64,000 bases of DNA from the IMG/VR virus record IMGVR_UViG_3300027877_000005. The stretch is one strand, 5' to 3'. Position 1 is the first letter of the stretch; each line of letters begins with the position of its first letter. This DNA comes from a virus. The position numbers and the translations under genes are program-made. Below the pieces are notes generated by a model. That model saw only the letters and a program-made list of their open reading frames with translations, did no database searches and was not told where the DNA came from. Of this stretch, positions 10,302 to 17,736 are shown piece after piece.

Positions 10302-10487
10302 ATGTTGCCATTCAGTAAAGAATTAAAAGTTATATCTAAAATATTATTGCCTGATGAAACTTATCATATTAAATTACAAGAAGAATTAGAGAATAAAGAT
10401 AAAGTAAAAAGACACCAACCTAAATATTCTGAAGAAGATTATAAAGAATTGATTGATGATAAAATTTTAGGAATATTGGGAGGATAA
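10302..10487 (+). CDS. Hypothetical protein (61 aa)
   Basis: GGAGG RBS before ATG 10302; the track start 10269 lies inside the hairpin. Confidence 0.6.
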   Translation: MLPFSKELKVISKILLPDETYHIKLQEELENKDKVKRHQPKYSEEDYKELIDDKILGILGG

Positions 10488-10489
10488 TT

Positions 10490-10663
10490 ATGTTTACAAT
10501 AACTATTACATACTTAGTTGATGGTAATCCTGAAACATATACTGTAAAGAATGTATCTGAAATTCATACTAATTATAATAAAACTACATATAAAGTAGGT
10601 GATGATGAGTATGTATGTTATTATGTAATAAAAATTAAATGTAAACTTCAGATGGAAAACTAA
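10490..10663 (+). CDS. Small hypothetical protein (57 aa, not in ORF track)
   Basis: GGAGG RBS; MFTITITYLVDGNPETY...QMEN; fills the operon gap. Confidence 0.6.
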   Translation: MFTITITYLVDGNPETYTVKNVSEIHTNYNKTTYKVGDDEYVCYYVIKIKCKLQMEN

Positions 10664-10664
10664 T

Positions 10665-10748
10665 ATGATAAATGAATGGTTATTAATTATCATTATAATA
10701 ATCTTTACAGCAGGATATTTAGTGGGAAAGGAAAATAAAGATGACTGA
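10665..10748 (+). CDS. 27-aa single-TM peptide
   Basis: MINEWLLIIIIIIFTAGYLVGKENKDD; coupled to both neighbours. Confidence 0.5.
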   Translation: MINEWLLIIIIIIFTAGYLVGKENKDD

Positions 10749-10956
10749 TAATTCTTGGATGAGCCAATATATATTATCATTAAGAAAAGAATCTATAAAA
10801 GAATTAATGGATGAAATGTTAATGTATCATAGAATTTATATACTCAATGGGGAAAAGATGCCATCTAAAGAATTCACTCTATATAAAGAATGTCAAAGTG
10901 AATTGATAAAACGGTATGTAACTATAAAAGATATGGTGAATGGAGAAAACAAATGA
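10741..10956 (+). CDS. Hypothetical protein
   Basis: 71-aa ORF, ATGA overlap with the next gene. Confidence 0.65.
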   Translation: MTDNSWMSQYILSLRKESIKELMDEMLMYHRIYILNGEKMPSKEFTLYKECQSELIKRYVTIKDMVNGENK

Positions 10957-11732
10957 TTACAAAAAGTATAATAAATAAAGTTGGATTAGAAGCTGAGGTA
11001 TTAATTCGTAGTAAAAAGAACGAATTAGTAATTCCATCTGATTATAATTTACCCTGTGATGATTTTATAGTATTAGGTGAAATAAGAGCACCTGCAAAAG
11101 ATAATATTCCAGATACTTTATATGCTTTCATGAAAGAATTTTATATGTTTAATAAATCCCTTGAATACTTTAACTTTCATACTGATATAGAAAAAGGATG
11201 GGCTACAATTAGCCCTGAAGATTATACAAATATTTTACGTAAAATGGGTAGTAAAGAAATTGCTACTTGTAAAAATATATATAAGAATGTTGATATTCTA
11301 AAATTGACAGATGCCAATGTATCAGATGGAAAGATTTTATCCCATAATATTTCTACAGGATTACATATACACTTTTCTTCTGATATAGTTGTTCATAATA
11401 TATATCATGTTCCTGATATGTATCAAGTAAAGAATAATTTATTTGTACATTCTGCCCAAGATAAAAGATTTGATGAAGAAACTAAAATATATTCTTTACT
11501 AACAAATAATGCTATTCGTAGTATTATATCTGCTTTTGATAAAGATATCTTTCCTAAATATAATATTGAAAATGTAACTCTAAAATATCGTAAGCCGGGA
11601 TTTTATGAAGAAAAATCTTGGGGATTTGAATATAGAAGTTTACCTTTTAATCAATTAGTATATGATAATCTAACAGAAATTGTAGAATATGCTTTTAATA
11701 GGTTAGATAAGTTATCCAAAGTTCTGGTGTAA
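10953..11732 (+). CDS. Third glutamine-synthetase-fold carboxylate-amine ligase
   Basis: VGLEAEV (ExE), LGEIRA, TGLHIHFS, YRKPG, WGFEYRSLP. Confidence 0.75.
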   Translation: MITKSIINKVGLEAEVLIRSKKNELVIPSDYNLPCDDFIVLGEIRAPAKDNIPDTLYAFMKEFYMFNKSLEYFNFHTDIEKGWATISPEDYTNILRKMGSKEIATCKNIYKNVDILKLTDANVSDGKILSHNISTGLHIHFSSDIVVHNIYHVPDMYQVKNNLFVHSAQDKRFDEETKIYSLLTNNAIRSIISAFDKDIFPKYNIENVTLKYRKPGFYEEKSWGFEYRSLPFNQLVYDNLTEIVEYAFNRLDKLSKVLV

Positions 11733-11733
11733 A

Positions 11734-11934
11734 ATGAATATTTATAAAGTAACCGTAGAATATTCTAAACAATCTGGTAGAGATATAGTCTTAGCTAAAA
11801 GTGTATATGAAAATGTTAGAATGTGTTTAGTTGCTGAAAATTATATACGCATATTAGAGAAGGGTAAATTAGAGATTAAAAAGATTTCATATGAAAGAAT
11901 TTGGTCAGTAAAGATTGAAAGGGAAATAGGATGA
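11734..11934 (+). CDS. Hypothetical protein
   Basis: 66-aa ORF coupled to its neighbours. Confidence 0.6.
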   Translation: MNIYKVTVEYSKQSGRDIVLAKSVYENVRMCLVAENYIRILEKGKLEIKKISYERIWSVKIEREIG

Positions 11935-12041
11935 TAACAATTCCTTTAGAACTTCTAGTTATGTTTATTGTATTTATTATATTCTGTATAGTAATGATGA
12001 TAGTATGGTTTATATTAGCTTTAATTATAAAAAAGATATGA
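11931..12041 (+). CDS. 36-aa hydrophobic membrane peptide (not in ORF track)
   Basis: MITIPLELLVMFIVFIIFCIVMMIVWFILALIIKKI; ATGA overlaps at both ends. Confidence 0.55.
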   Translation: MITIPLELLVMFIVFIIFCIVMMIVWFILALIIKKI

Positions 12042-12202
12042 AACCATTACCTTCTAAATTAGCTTTATGGATAAATGCTTGGCTAGAATTAGTAGATGCT
12101 ATATTATGTATATTATCCTTTACATTAATAAGAACATCATTTAGTTATAGATTTATAGTATGGGATTGTATACAGGTAGCAAAGAGTAAACAAAATAGGT
12201 AA
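12038..12202 (+). CDS. Small hypothetical protein
   Basis: ATGA overlap with the upstream peptide gives start 12038 (MKPLPSKL). Confidence 0.55.
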   Translation: MKPLPSKLALWINAWLELVDAILCILSFTLIRTSFSYRFIVWDCIQVAKSKQNR

Positions 12203-12576
12203 TATTTGTATACTACAAACTCATATCTAATTTCATAATTTCTAAAATTTGTTATCGGTCAGTTTGTAAAACTTTGCTGTTACTAAAACCCCCCAAATAA
12301 ACTTTAGAAAATTCCTAAAATATGCTATAAAGGAGAATTTATATGAAATAAAATGAATAAATAAAGATAAACAATAATTATTTATCAAATTTATAAAGCA
12401 ACAAAATATACCCATAAATATAGAATGATATACCATGTATGATATATACGCACATACATGGAAGTAAAGTTTATTTACCAGTTTGTAAACTTTTACTGTT
12501 ACTATTATTGAATATATAAAGTTTATGGTTCAGATAAAGTTTAGTCAGGTATAAAGTTTATTGATAAACAAAGTTT

Positions 12577-12608
12577 AGCCAGCCGCTTGGTTCAGGGCTG
12601 GCTTTTTT
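12577..12608 (+). terminator. Intrinsic terminator
   Basis: AGCCAGCC/GGCTGGCT stem then T6. Confidence 0.75.
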
Positions 12609-12880
12609 GTTACCTGTACTCACTGCTGGGTACCTGTACCCCTGGGTCACACAGGCACAAATTCTGTAGGTACCTGTACTGTTTGTATACATGGCTAGGT
12701 ACCTGTACTCAATCTTTAAGGTACAGCCCGGCTCCCGGGTTCTAGAACCAGCCCTGAGTCAAGTCATTCGTACTGGTACAGATTTCGTGCTATACTTTTA
12801 CATAGGCAGAAAAACGCCTATCGCCTGGTTCAATCCAACCATATCGAAAATGAACCAGGGTACATATACAGGAGGTGTAT

Positions 12881-13258
12881 ATGAAAAAGAATGATAGTGT
12901 GTCCGTACCAAAGGTAGACGCTGTACAGAAAGCGGTATTCAGCACCGTATTCGCTATACTGTACAACCCTGCCAAGCCACGTGACCCAGCAATCAAATCT
13001 GATTCACCATCCAGAGATGATGTACCATGGGTTGTTATTATACCAGACCTGTCTGTTGTAGCTACTGTATTAGACAAGGATGGCGACCCAGTATGTGGTC
13101 ACGTGAACCCGCAGTACGCATCAGCATATGCTGGTCGTCTGTATAATCGCCTGGTTCAAAACCCTGAATTGCTTGATTCATATAGGAAGAACCCAGACGT
13201 GTATCCAATCAATCGTGGGTACATGGGTAAAATGATTCCTATTCAATTTGAGGTCTAG
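12881..13258 (+). CDS. Hypothetical protein
   Basis: GGAGG RBS before ATG 12881; extended -10 TGCTATACT at 12788-12796. Confidence 0.75.
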   Translation: MKKNDSVSVPKVDAVQKAVFSTVFAILYNPAKPRDPAIKSDSPSRDDVPWVVIIPDLSVVATVLDKDGDPVCGHVNPQYASAYAGRLYNRLVQNPELLDSYRKNPDVYPINRGYMGKMIPIQFEV

Positions 13259-13270
13259 ATGAGGTGAACC

Positions 13271-13399
13271 ATGATTACTAATACTAATAAACTCAAGATG
13301 AATCAGACCCTGCGGCGGGGTCAGCTTGACAATATCAAACGCCGCACCCCAAAAGCCAAAAAGACCCATAAAGGAGGTTCACATGGCAAACACAAGTAA
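13271..13399 (+). CDS. 42-aa basic peptide (not in ORF track)
   Basis: GAGGTG RBS; MITNTNKLKMNQTLRRGQLDNIKRRTPKAKKTHKGGSHGKHK. Confidence 0.55.
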   Translation: MITNTNKLKMNQTLRRGQLDNIKRRTPKAKKTHKGGSHGKHK

Positions 13400-13946
13400 T
13401 CCTACCAAAGCATCACCTACTGTACTGGTTCTGCCATCACCGCACCGCATTTCAGGTGACGTTGATGCTATGCTTGAATCAACCGTTGCAGAACGGTTCA
13501 AGACCATCATTCTGGTAAAGAATGGTGAGAAAGATACTGGTAAGGGACAGTTGGTTCTGTCTCATACTCCCGATTCAAAAGACCCCAATGTACAGGTTAG
13601 CACCTGGAATGCGGGTCTAGGTCATCTGTTACGGTTCGTGCAAGCGGGGGTCAATGCATGGACTAGCGGTGTTGGTCTATCAGGTGATGGGTCAGCGATG
13701 TACGTTGCTAATACTGCTGACACCGTGTTCAAAACCGTACCCCAGCTCAAGGGTTACGACATCGTGCTGGTTCCGAATGGTCGTGCTGGAACAGCCAAAT
13801 ACCGCATCCCGGTGCCTGAATTGGTAAGCCAAATCCTGAACCGTGCCAAGGTTATTAGCACCTGCGTTGAAGCCTTTGGTATCGCTCAGGGTAAGGAACG
13901 TACCAAAAAGGCTACTGATGCACCGCAGATTACAGCTATACTCTAA
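13383..13946 (+). CDS. Hypothetical protein (187 aa)
   Basis: AAGGAGG RBS before ATG 13383 (MANTSNP). Confidence 0.8.
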   Translation: MANTSNPTKASPTVLVLPSPHRISGDVDAMLESTVAERFKTIILVKNGEKDTGKGQLVLSHTPDSKDPNVQVSTWNAGLGHLLRFVQAGVNAWTSGVGLSGDGSAMYVANTADTVFKTVPQLKGYDIVLVPNGRAGTAKYRIPVPELVSQILNRAKVISTCVEAFGIAQGKERTKKATDAPQITAIL

Positions 13947-14030
13947 TCTGCCAGTTTCTGAACCCGGGCAGTTATACAGCTACCCGGGTTCCCATCTCCA
14001 TACCACCATTCGTTACAAAGGAGTTTTACT

Positions 14031-14282
14031 ATGCCACGAACTGCCAAACCTAAGACTGCACCAGCAGTACAGCCACAACAGCCCTTCATTACTGGCGACC
14101 CACACGCAGGTACGCCAGAGAATCAATTGGTTATATATAACTACATGATGGGTCTGACCCCTGAGCAACAGGGTATTGTACGTGGGTTACTTAAATCCAT
14201 GCAAGCGGGCGGGTACAAAAACGGTTGTCACTACCTGAAAGCGTTTTTCAATGACCGACCCACACCGGTTCAGCTAGCGTAA
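14031..14282 (+). CDS. Hypothetical protein (83 aa)
   Basis: AAGGAG RBS. Confidence 0.7.
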   Translation: MPRTAKPKTAPAVQPQQPFITGDPHAGTPENQLVIYNYMMGLTPEQQGIVRGLLKSMQAGGYKNGCHYLKAFFNDRPTPVQLA

Positions 14283-14296
14283 GCACCGGTACATCC

Positions 14297-14366
14297 AACT
14301 GGGTTGGGTTCAGAGGCTACCACACCGCAACGAACCCACGATCCGGGTTCAGAGCCTAACCCAGTT
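14297..14366 (+). ncRNA. Putative structured RNA element (unclassified)
   Basis: 15-bp outer stem with two G-U pairs on + enclosing a GAACCC/GGGTTC hairpin. Confidence 0.35.
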
Positions 14367-14450
14367 ACCCCTGCACCAACGTTACATATATAGGAGACAA
14401 CAACATGACGTGAACCATGGGTGGTATACCTTATAGCCACTAATTGAATT

Positions 14451-14483
14451 GACCCCCGCCTGGGACAGCGGGGGCATTTTTTT
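14451..14483 (+). terminator. Intrinsic terminator
   Basis: CCCCCGC/GCGGGGG stem then T7. Confidence 0.8.
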
Positions 14484-14554
14484 ACTTGTACCCAGGAGAT
14501 GGGTACCTGTACTGGGTTCCGGGCGCCGGGCAGGGGATGGGTACCAGAATGCCT

Positions 14555-14580
14555 GAGTACATGCACAAGTGCATGTACTC
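14555..14580. repeat. Perfect 12-bp inverted repeat GAGTACATGCAC-AA-GTGCATGTACTC
   Basis: Read directly; upstream of promoter 14646. Confidence 0.85.
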
Positions 14581-14645
14581 ACGATTTCTGGTTCATGTAT
14601 AAGTACAAGCACCAGATGATTGTAAAAATTGGTCTAAAAATGCCA

Positions 14646-14674
14646 TTGACGTGGTACGGTATCCCTGGTATAAT
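14646..14674 (+). promoter_or_regulatory. sigma70/SigA promoter
   Basis: TTGACG, 17 bp, TG-G-TATAAT. Confidence 0.8.
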
Positions 14675-14722
14675 TGCTCTGTAAGAGTTAAAATCCAACC
14701 TGAACCAGCAAAGGAGATTGAA

Positions 14723-15442
14723 ATGAAAACCAAGTTACATGCACCAGTTGATGAAGTTGACCCACTAGCAGAACGGAACCAGCTAGTAGATACACTCATC
14801 AATACATCGTTTCAGCTATCCGCTACGGGTACGATATTCACCATTGGTACAGAATCGAATCCCAGTTGGGAGGACATCTTATTCGTTCTGAACCGCCTGT
14901 ACACTACCGGTTACGCTGAAGAGTTCAAACTTCTCCCATTCAATGTTGAACCAGCAATACTTGTATCAGGCTTGTCAAAGGAAGTAGTGGCATGGCTGGT
15001 TCCGCTCATCATTCAGGCGATTGATAGGAAAGTGATGGGTTCAGAGATTGATATCTTAGCCCCCAATAACAAAAACCTGGTACGTTTGGCTGATGTCCTT
15101 GGGTGGTATTGGTATCACACGTTACATGGACCCAAGCCTGTGGTCAATCAGTTAGTGAGCATTGAGCGGCACCATAAGGTGGTTCAGAACGCTTCTCTGA
15201 GTTGCCCATTGTGCTACCACCAGTTCATACCAGCACCCGGTTATAAGACCCAATCTGAAAAGGCATTTGCATTTGCCAAGTGGCTACCGACCCACCTGGT
15301 TCATACCCACATGTTTACTGATACAAGTAAAACAAGCGTTGCCAAGTGTACTTGTGGTACGTGTTCAGGTAAAATCACAAAATACACAGGCGACCCAGTT
15401 AAGAACCGCAAGCTGTTACAGAAGAAAGGTGGTACAAAATGA
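14723..15442 (+). CDS. Hypothetical protein with C-terminal Cys/His zinc-binding motifs
   Basis: AAGGAG RBS before ATG 14723; CPLC...HLVHTH and CTCGTC. Confidence 0.75.
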   Translation: MKTKLHAPVDEVDPLAERNQLVDTLINTSFQLSATGTIFTIGTESNPSWEDILFVLNRLYTTGYAEEFKLLPFNVEPAILVSGLSKEVVAWLVPLIIQAIDRKVMGSEIDILAPNNKNLVRLADVLGWYWYHTLHGPKPVVNQLVSIERHHKVVQNASLSCPLCYHQFIPAPGYKTQSEKAFAFAKWLPTHLVHTHMFTDTSKTSVAKCTCGTCSGKITKYTGDPVKNRKLLQKKGGTK

Positions 15443-15639
15443 GAAAGGTGATTGTGTATACAAAAACCTTGACTGTGTTACTTGTAATCGTAGATAGGTA
15501 CAGGAATGGTAAGTGTGTCAGTCATGCCTATCCAAATCCGTACCCAGCATCAGTTCAACGCTTGATGAAGTTACTTGAGAACCGTGATTCTGAGGTCAGT
15601 GGAGCAAGGGGGGTACTTATACTCACATTCAGTTTCTGA
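15439..15639 (+). CDS. Hypothetical protein (66 aa)
   Basis: ATGA overlap; its stop codon lies inside motif A. Confidence 0.7.
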   Translation: MRKVIVYTKTLTVLLVIVDRYRNGKCVSHAYPNPYPASVQRLMKLLENRDSEVSGARGVLILTFSF

Positions 15640-15656
15640 ACCGTAGCAGTTACATA

Positions 15657-15687
15657 AACCCTGGTGTATGAACCAGGGTTCTTTTTT
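15657..15687 (+). terminator. Intrinsic terminator
   Basis: AACCCTGG/CCAGGGTT stem then C and T6. Confidence 0.75.
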
Positions 15688-15766
15688 GCCTGGGAACCAA
15701 GGCTGGGTACCTGTACTCACCCTCCCTGGGTCAACCTGAAATGAGTTTGTGGGTACCAGAGACCCT

Positions 15767-15790
15767 GAGTACAAGTATATACTTGTACTC
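15767..15790. repeat. Perfect 24-bp palindrome GAGTACAAGTATATACTTGTACTC
   Basis: Read directly; ends 24 bp before the -35 of promoter 15814. Confidence 0.85.
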
Positions 15791-15813
15791 AAGATTCTTG
15801 GGTCGATTGCCTC

Positions 15814-15842
15814 TTGACAACCTGGAACCAGTATGCTAAAAT
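15814..15842 (+). promoter_or_regulatory. sigma70/SigA promoter
   Basis: TTGACA, 17 bp, TG-C-TAAAAT. Confidence 0.8.
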
Positions 15843-15853
15843 AAAGAGAAAAA

Positions 15854-16444
15854 ATGGAGACTAACATGATAATTTGGACATTAATTGGCATATTTATACA
15901 GTGGGTCGGTAAACTCTTCAAGAGGGCAGACGTACTCTTTATAGGGTACTACCTAGCTGGGTCAGGTAAGACACGCTCATTACCAGTATATGTACACGAA
16001 GCTGTATTGAATGAGCTTGGGTGGTTACGTCAATACTGTCATCCTGATACATATATAGTCCACCGGTTTGATAATCTAGTGTTATTCCATACCATAGGAA
16101 AGTGTTGGGTCAAGAAAGACGGCGACCTTATCTATATCAAGGATAGGTACATGTTCTACCCACTTTGTCCCGATAGTGATACTCATTTCAGCGATTGTGG
16201 GTGCAAACCTGAATGGAAAGTATACTCAAGTCTAACCAAGCATATGTATATCACACCACAACGATATACTGATAAATTATTGAATTCAAGATTTAGATAC
16301 TTACACTTCCACCGAACCATGGGTAGATTCATATCTGTTACTGCTGATATATGGGGTATCAAGTACGAAATCAATGATGAGTTTTGGGTCAACAAGGGTA
16401 AGCCATTCGATGTGTACTCTGAGATACCTATATATCATATCTGA
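15854..16444 (+). CDS. Hypothetical protein (196 aa)
   Basis: ORF directly after promoter 15814; no family recognised. Confidence 0.7.
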   Translation: METNMIIWTLIGIFIQWVGKLFKRADVLFIGYYLAGSGKTRSLPVYVHEAVLNELGWLRQYCHPDTYIVHRFDNLVLFHTIGKCWVKKDGDLIYIKDRYMFYPLCPDSDTHFSDCGCKPEWKVYSSLTKHMYITPQRYTDKLLNSRFRYLHFHRTMGRFISVTADIWGIKYEINDEFWVNKGKPFDVYSEIPIYHI

Positions 16445-16473
16445 TACCAGTTTGTATGAGGGTGCAGTTACAT

Positions 16474-16503
16474 AATGTGGGTTGGTGTGAACCGACCCAC
16501 ATT
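16474..16503 (+). other. 13-bp RNA hairpin with GNRA (GUGA) loop, no U-tract
   Basis: AATGTGGGTTGGT-GTGA-ACCGACCCACATT, one U-G pair on +. Confidence 0.6.
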
Positions 16504-16633
16504 ACAGCCCCTGAATACGCTCATTGATACATGTACTCATCCTCTCTGGTGCTAATCATAATATGAGTCAATAGGTACCTGTACCATTAAAATAGAGTAC
16601 AGGAACTCATGCTTGCTGGTACAAAATTGCTTA

Positions 16634-16661
16634 TTGACAAATCTGTCCCAATCACTATAAT
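16634..16661 (+). promoter_or_regulatory. sigma70/SigA promoter
   Basis: TTGACA, 16 bp, TATAAT. Confidence 0.75.
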
Positions 16662-16684
16662 GTATAGTTAAGGAGAATAAAATC

Positions 16685-16954
16685 ATGAATAATAACCCGT
16701 TTTATTGTGTTGTACATCCTACTACATCCTTTATTAATTCCACTGGATTCCAGGCAGTGGATGATGTAGATGCTATCCAGAAAATGCTTGATGATATGAA
16801 AAGATTCAATCACAAGTATGCCATGCTGTACCGCTTGAATGGTACACGTTATCCATTCTTTGTATGTGTAATAAATTGCCATTTAGTTCCTGGTACAGCA
16901 GATGTATTCAATGACAATGTGACAGGAAAGGTGGTGCAGTTCCATCAAATGTAA
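16685..16954 (+). CDS. Hypothetical protein (89 aa)
   Basis: AAGGAG RBS after promoter 16634. Confidence 0.75.
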   Translation: MNNNPFYCVVHPTTSFINSTGFQAVDDVDAIQKMLDDMKRFNHKYAMLYRLNGTRYPFFVCVINCHLVPGTADVFNDNVTGKVVQFHQM

Positions 16955-16985
16955 ATACCAGTTTGTATTGGGGTGCGGTTATAAG

Positions 16986-17012
16986 AATGGGGTGGTTCCA
17001 TACCACCCCATT
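16986..17012 (+). other. 11-bp hairpin after motif A, no U-tract
   Basis: AATGGGGTGGT-TCCAT-ACCACCCCATT. Confidence 0.55.
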
Positions 17013-17332
17013 ACTATCCCCAAGATGAGAGGTAATAGGTACCTGTACCTGTTTGCCAGTTTGTAATGCGTTGCTGTTATGAGAGGCTCTGGTACGTTAG
17101 AATGAGAAAATATGGGTACCTGTACCTGTGAGTTTGTAATCCGAACCTGTTATGGTACTGCTGTATACATGTATGAGTTTGCACATAGGTACTTGTACCA
17201 AAAATCATGAGTACATGTACTCAGGGTATCTGGTTCCACCAGTTTGTAATCCGTTCCTGTTATGGGGCTTGGGTACATGTACCAGCAAAGCTGAGTACAT
17301 GTACTCTATTTACTTGGTATAGATGCTTAAAT

Positions 17333-17376
17333 AAAAAAAACCGGACAATCCCGGTGAATTAGACCAGGATTGTCCG
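17333..17376 (-). terminator. Intrinsic terminator (distal of a tandem pair)
   Basis: 14-bp stem with a G-U pair only on the minus strand; A8 on + at 17333-17340. Confidence 0.75.
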
Positions 17377-17387
17377 ATTTGTTAAAT

Positions 17388-17421
17388 AAAAAAAATCCCC
17401 TACCATTTCTGGTAGGGGATT
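17388..17421 (-). terminator. Intrinsic terminator with GAAA tetraloop
   Basis: AATCCCCTACCA/TGGTAGGGGATT 12-bp stem; A-run on +. Confidence 0.8.
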
Positions 17422-17605
17422 ATTCTGATTGATATATGAAAGTGAATGGTAGAATGGAATATACACGCTCATTCCTGACCATTTCACTCTCAATTGTCGA
17501 ATATAATCTTGGTGAAATTACGATATGCCAAGATTTTACAACGATGGTAATAGAATGGCTACATCTAAAATGTTTACCATCCCTAAAATCAAAGATGATT
17601 TTCAT
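17420..17605 (-). CDS. Hypothetical protein (61 aa)
   Basis: AAGGGAGT RBS before ATG 17605 (MKIIFDFRDGK). Confidence 0.6.
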   Translation of the reverse strand: MKIIFDFRDGKHFRCSHSITIVVKSWHIVISPRLYSTIESEMVRNERVYSILPFTFIYQSE

Positions 17606-17623
17606 TTTCACTCCCTTTAAAAT

Positions 17624-17730
17624 CCCTATCACTCACATGAGCGGATTAACCTGATTCAGATTAAACTACATGGTAGTATGCATCCTACCAATTAACCGTT
17701 TTAGTGAATCCGCTCATGTGAATGATAGGG
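17624..17730 (-). ncRNA. 24-bp RNA stem enclosing a 59-nt branched loop
   Basis: Arms 17624-17647 and 17707-17730; the single mismatch is a U-G pair only on the minus strand. Confidence 0.5.
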
Positions 17731-17736
17731 CATGGT

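Larger units (their letters stand above)
12260..17263 (+). repeat. Dispersed 24-bp bipartite motif A, CAGTTTSTR-N8-CWGTTAY (9 copies + 1 degenerate)
   Basis: Starts at 12260, 12479, 13952, 15630, 16448, 16959, 17057, 17130, 17240 (degenerate 14362); the 8-nt spacer is invariant and all copies face the same way. Confidence 0.9.
12630..17304. repeat. Dispersed motif B, GTAC-NN-GTAC (12 exact copies in the island)
   Basis: 12630, 12670, 12699, 14503, 15707, 16575, 17039, 17116, 17189, 17211, 17273, 17295; all intergenic. Confidence 0.9.

Noticed and set aside
12577-14366. GGTTC-containing segments as tRNA genes
   Set aside because: They mimic a T-arm word but I could not fold a cloverleaf with D-arm and anticodon arm; no tRNA is called in the window
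13946-16982. Motif A as integron attC sites
   Set aside because: No RYYYAAC/GTTRRRY inverse pair or long imperfect palindrome, and no integron integrase in the window; only the position after stop codons is similar
12260-17304. Motif A/B repeats as a CRISPR array
   Set aside because: Spacing is irregular (tens to thousands of bp), the variable part is inside the repeat, genes lie between copies, and no cas genes are present
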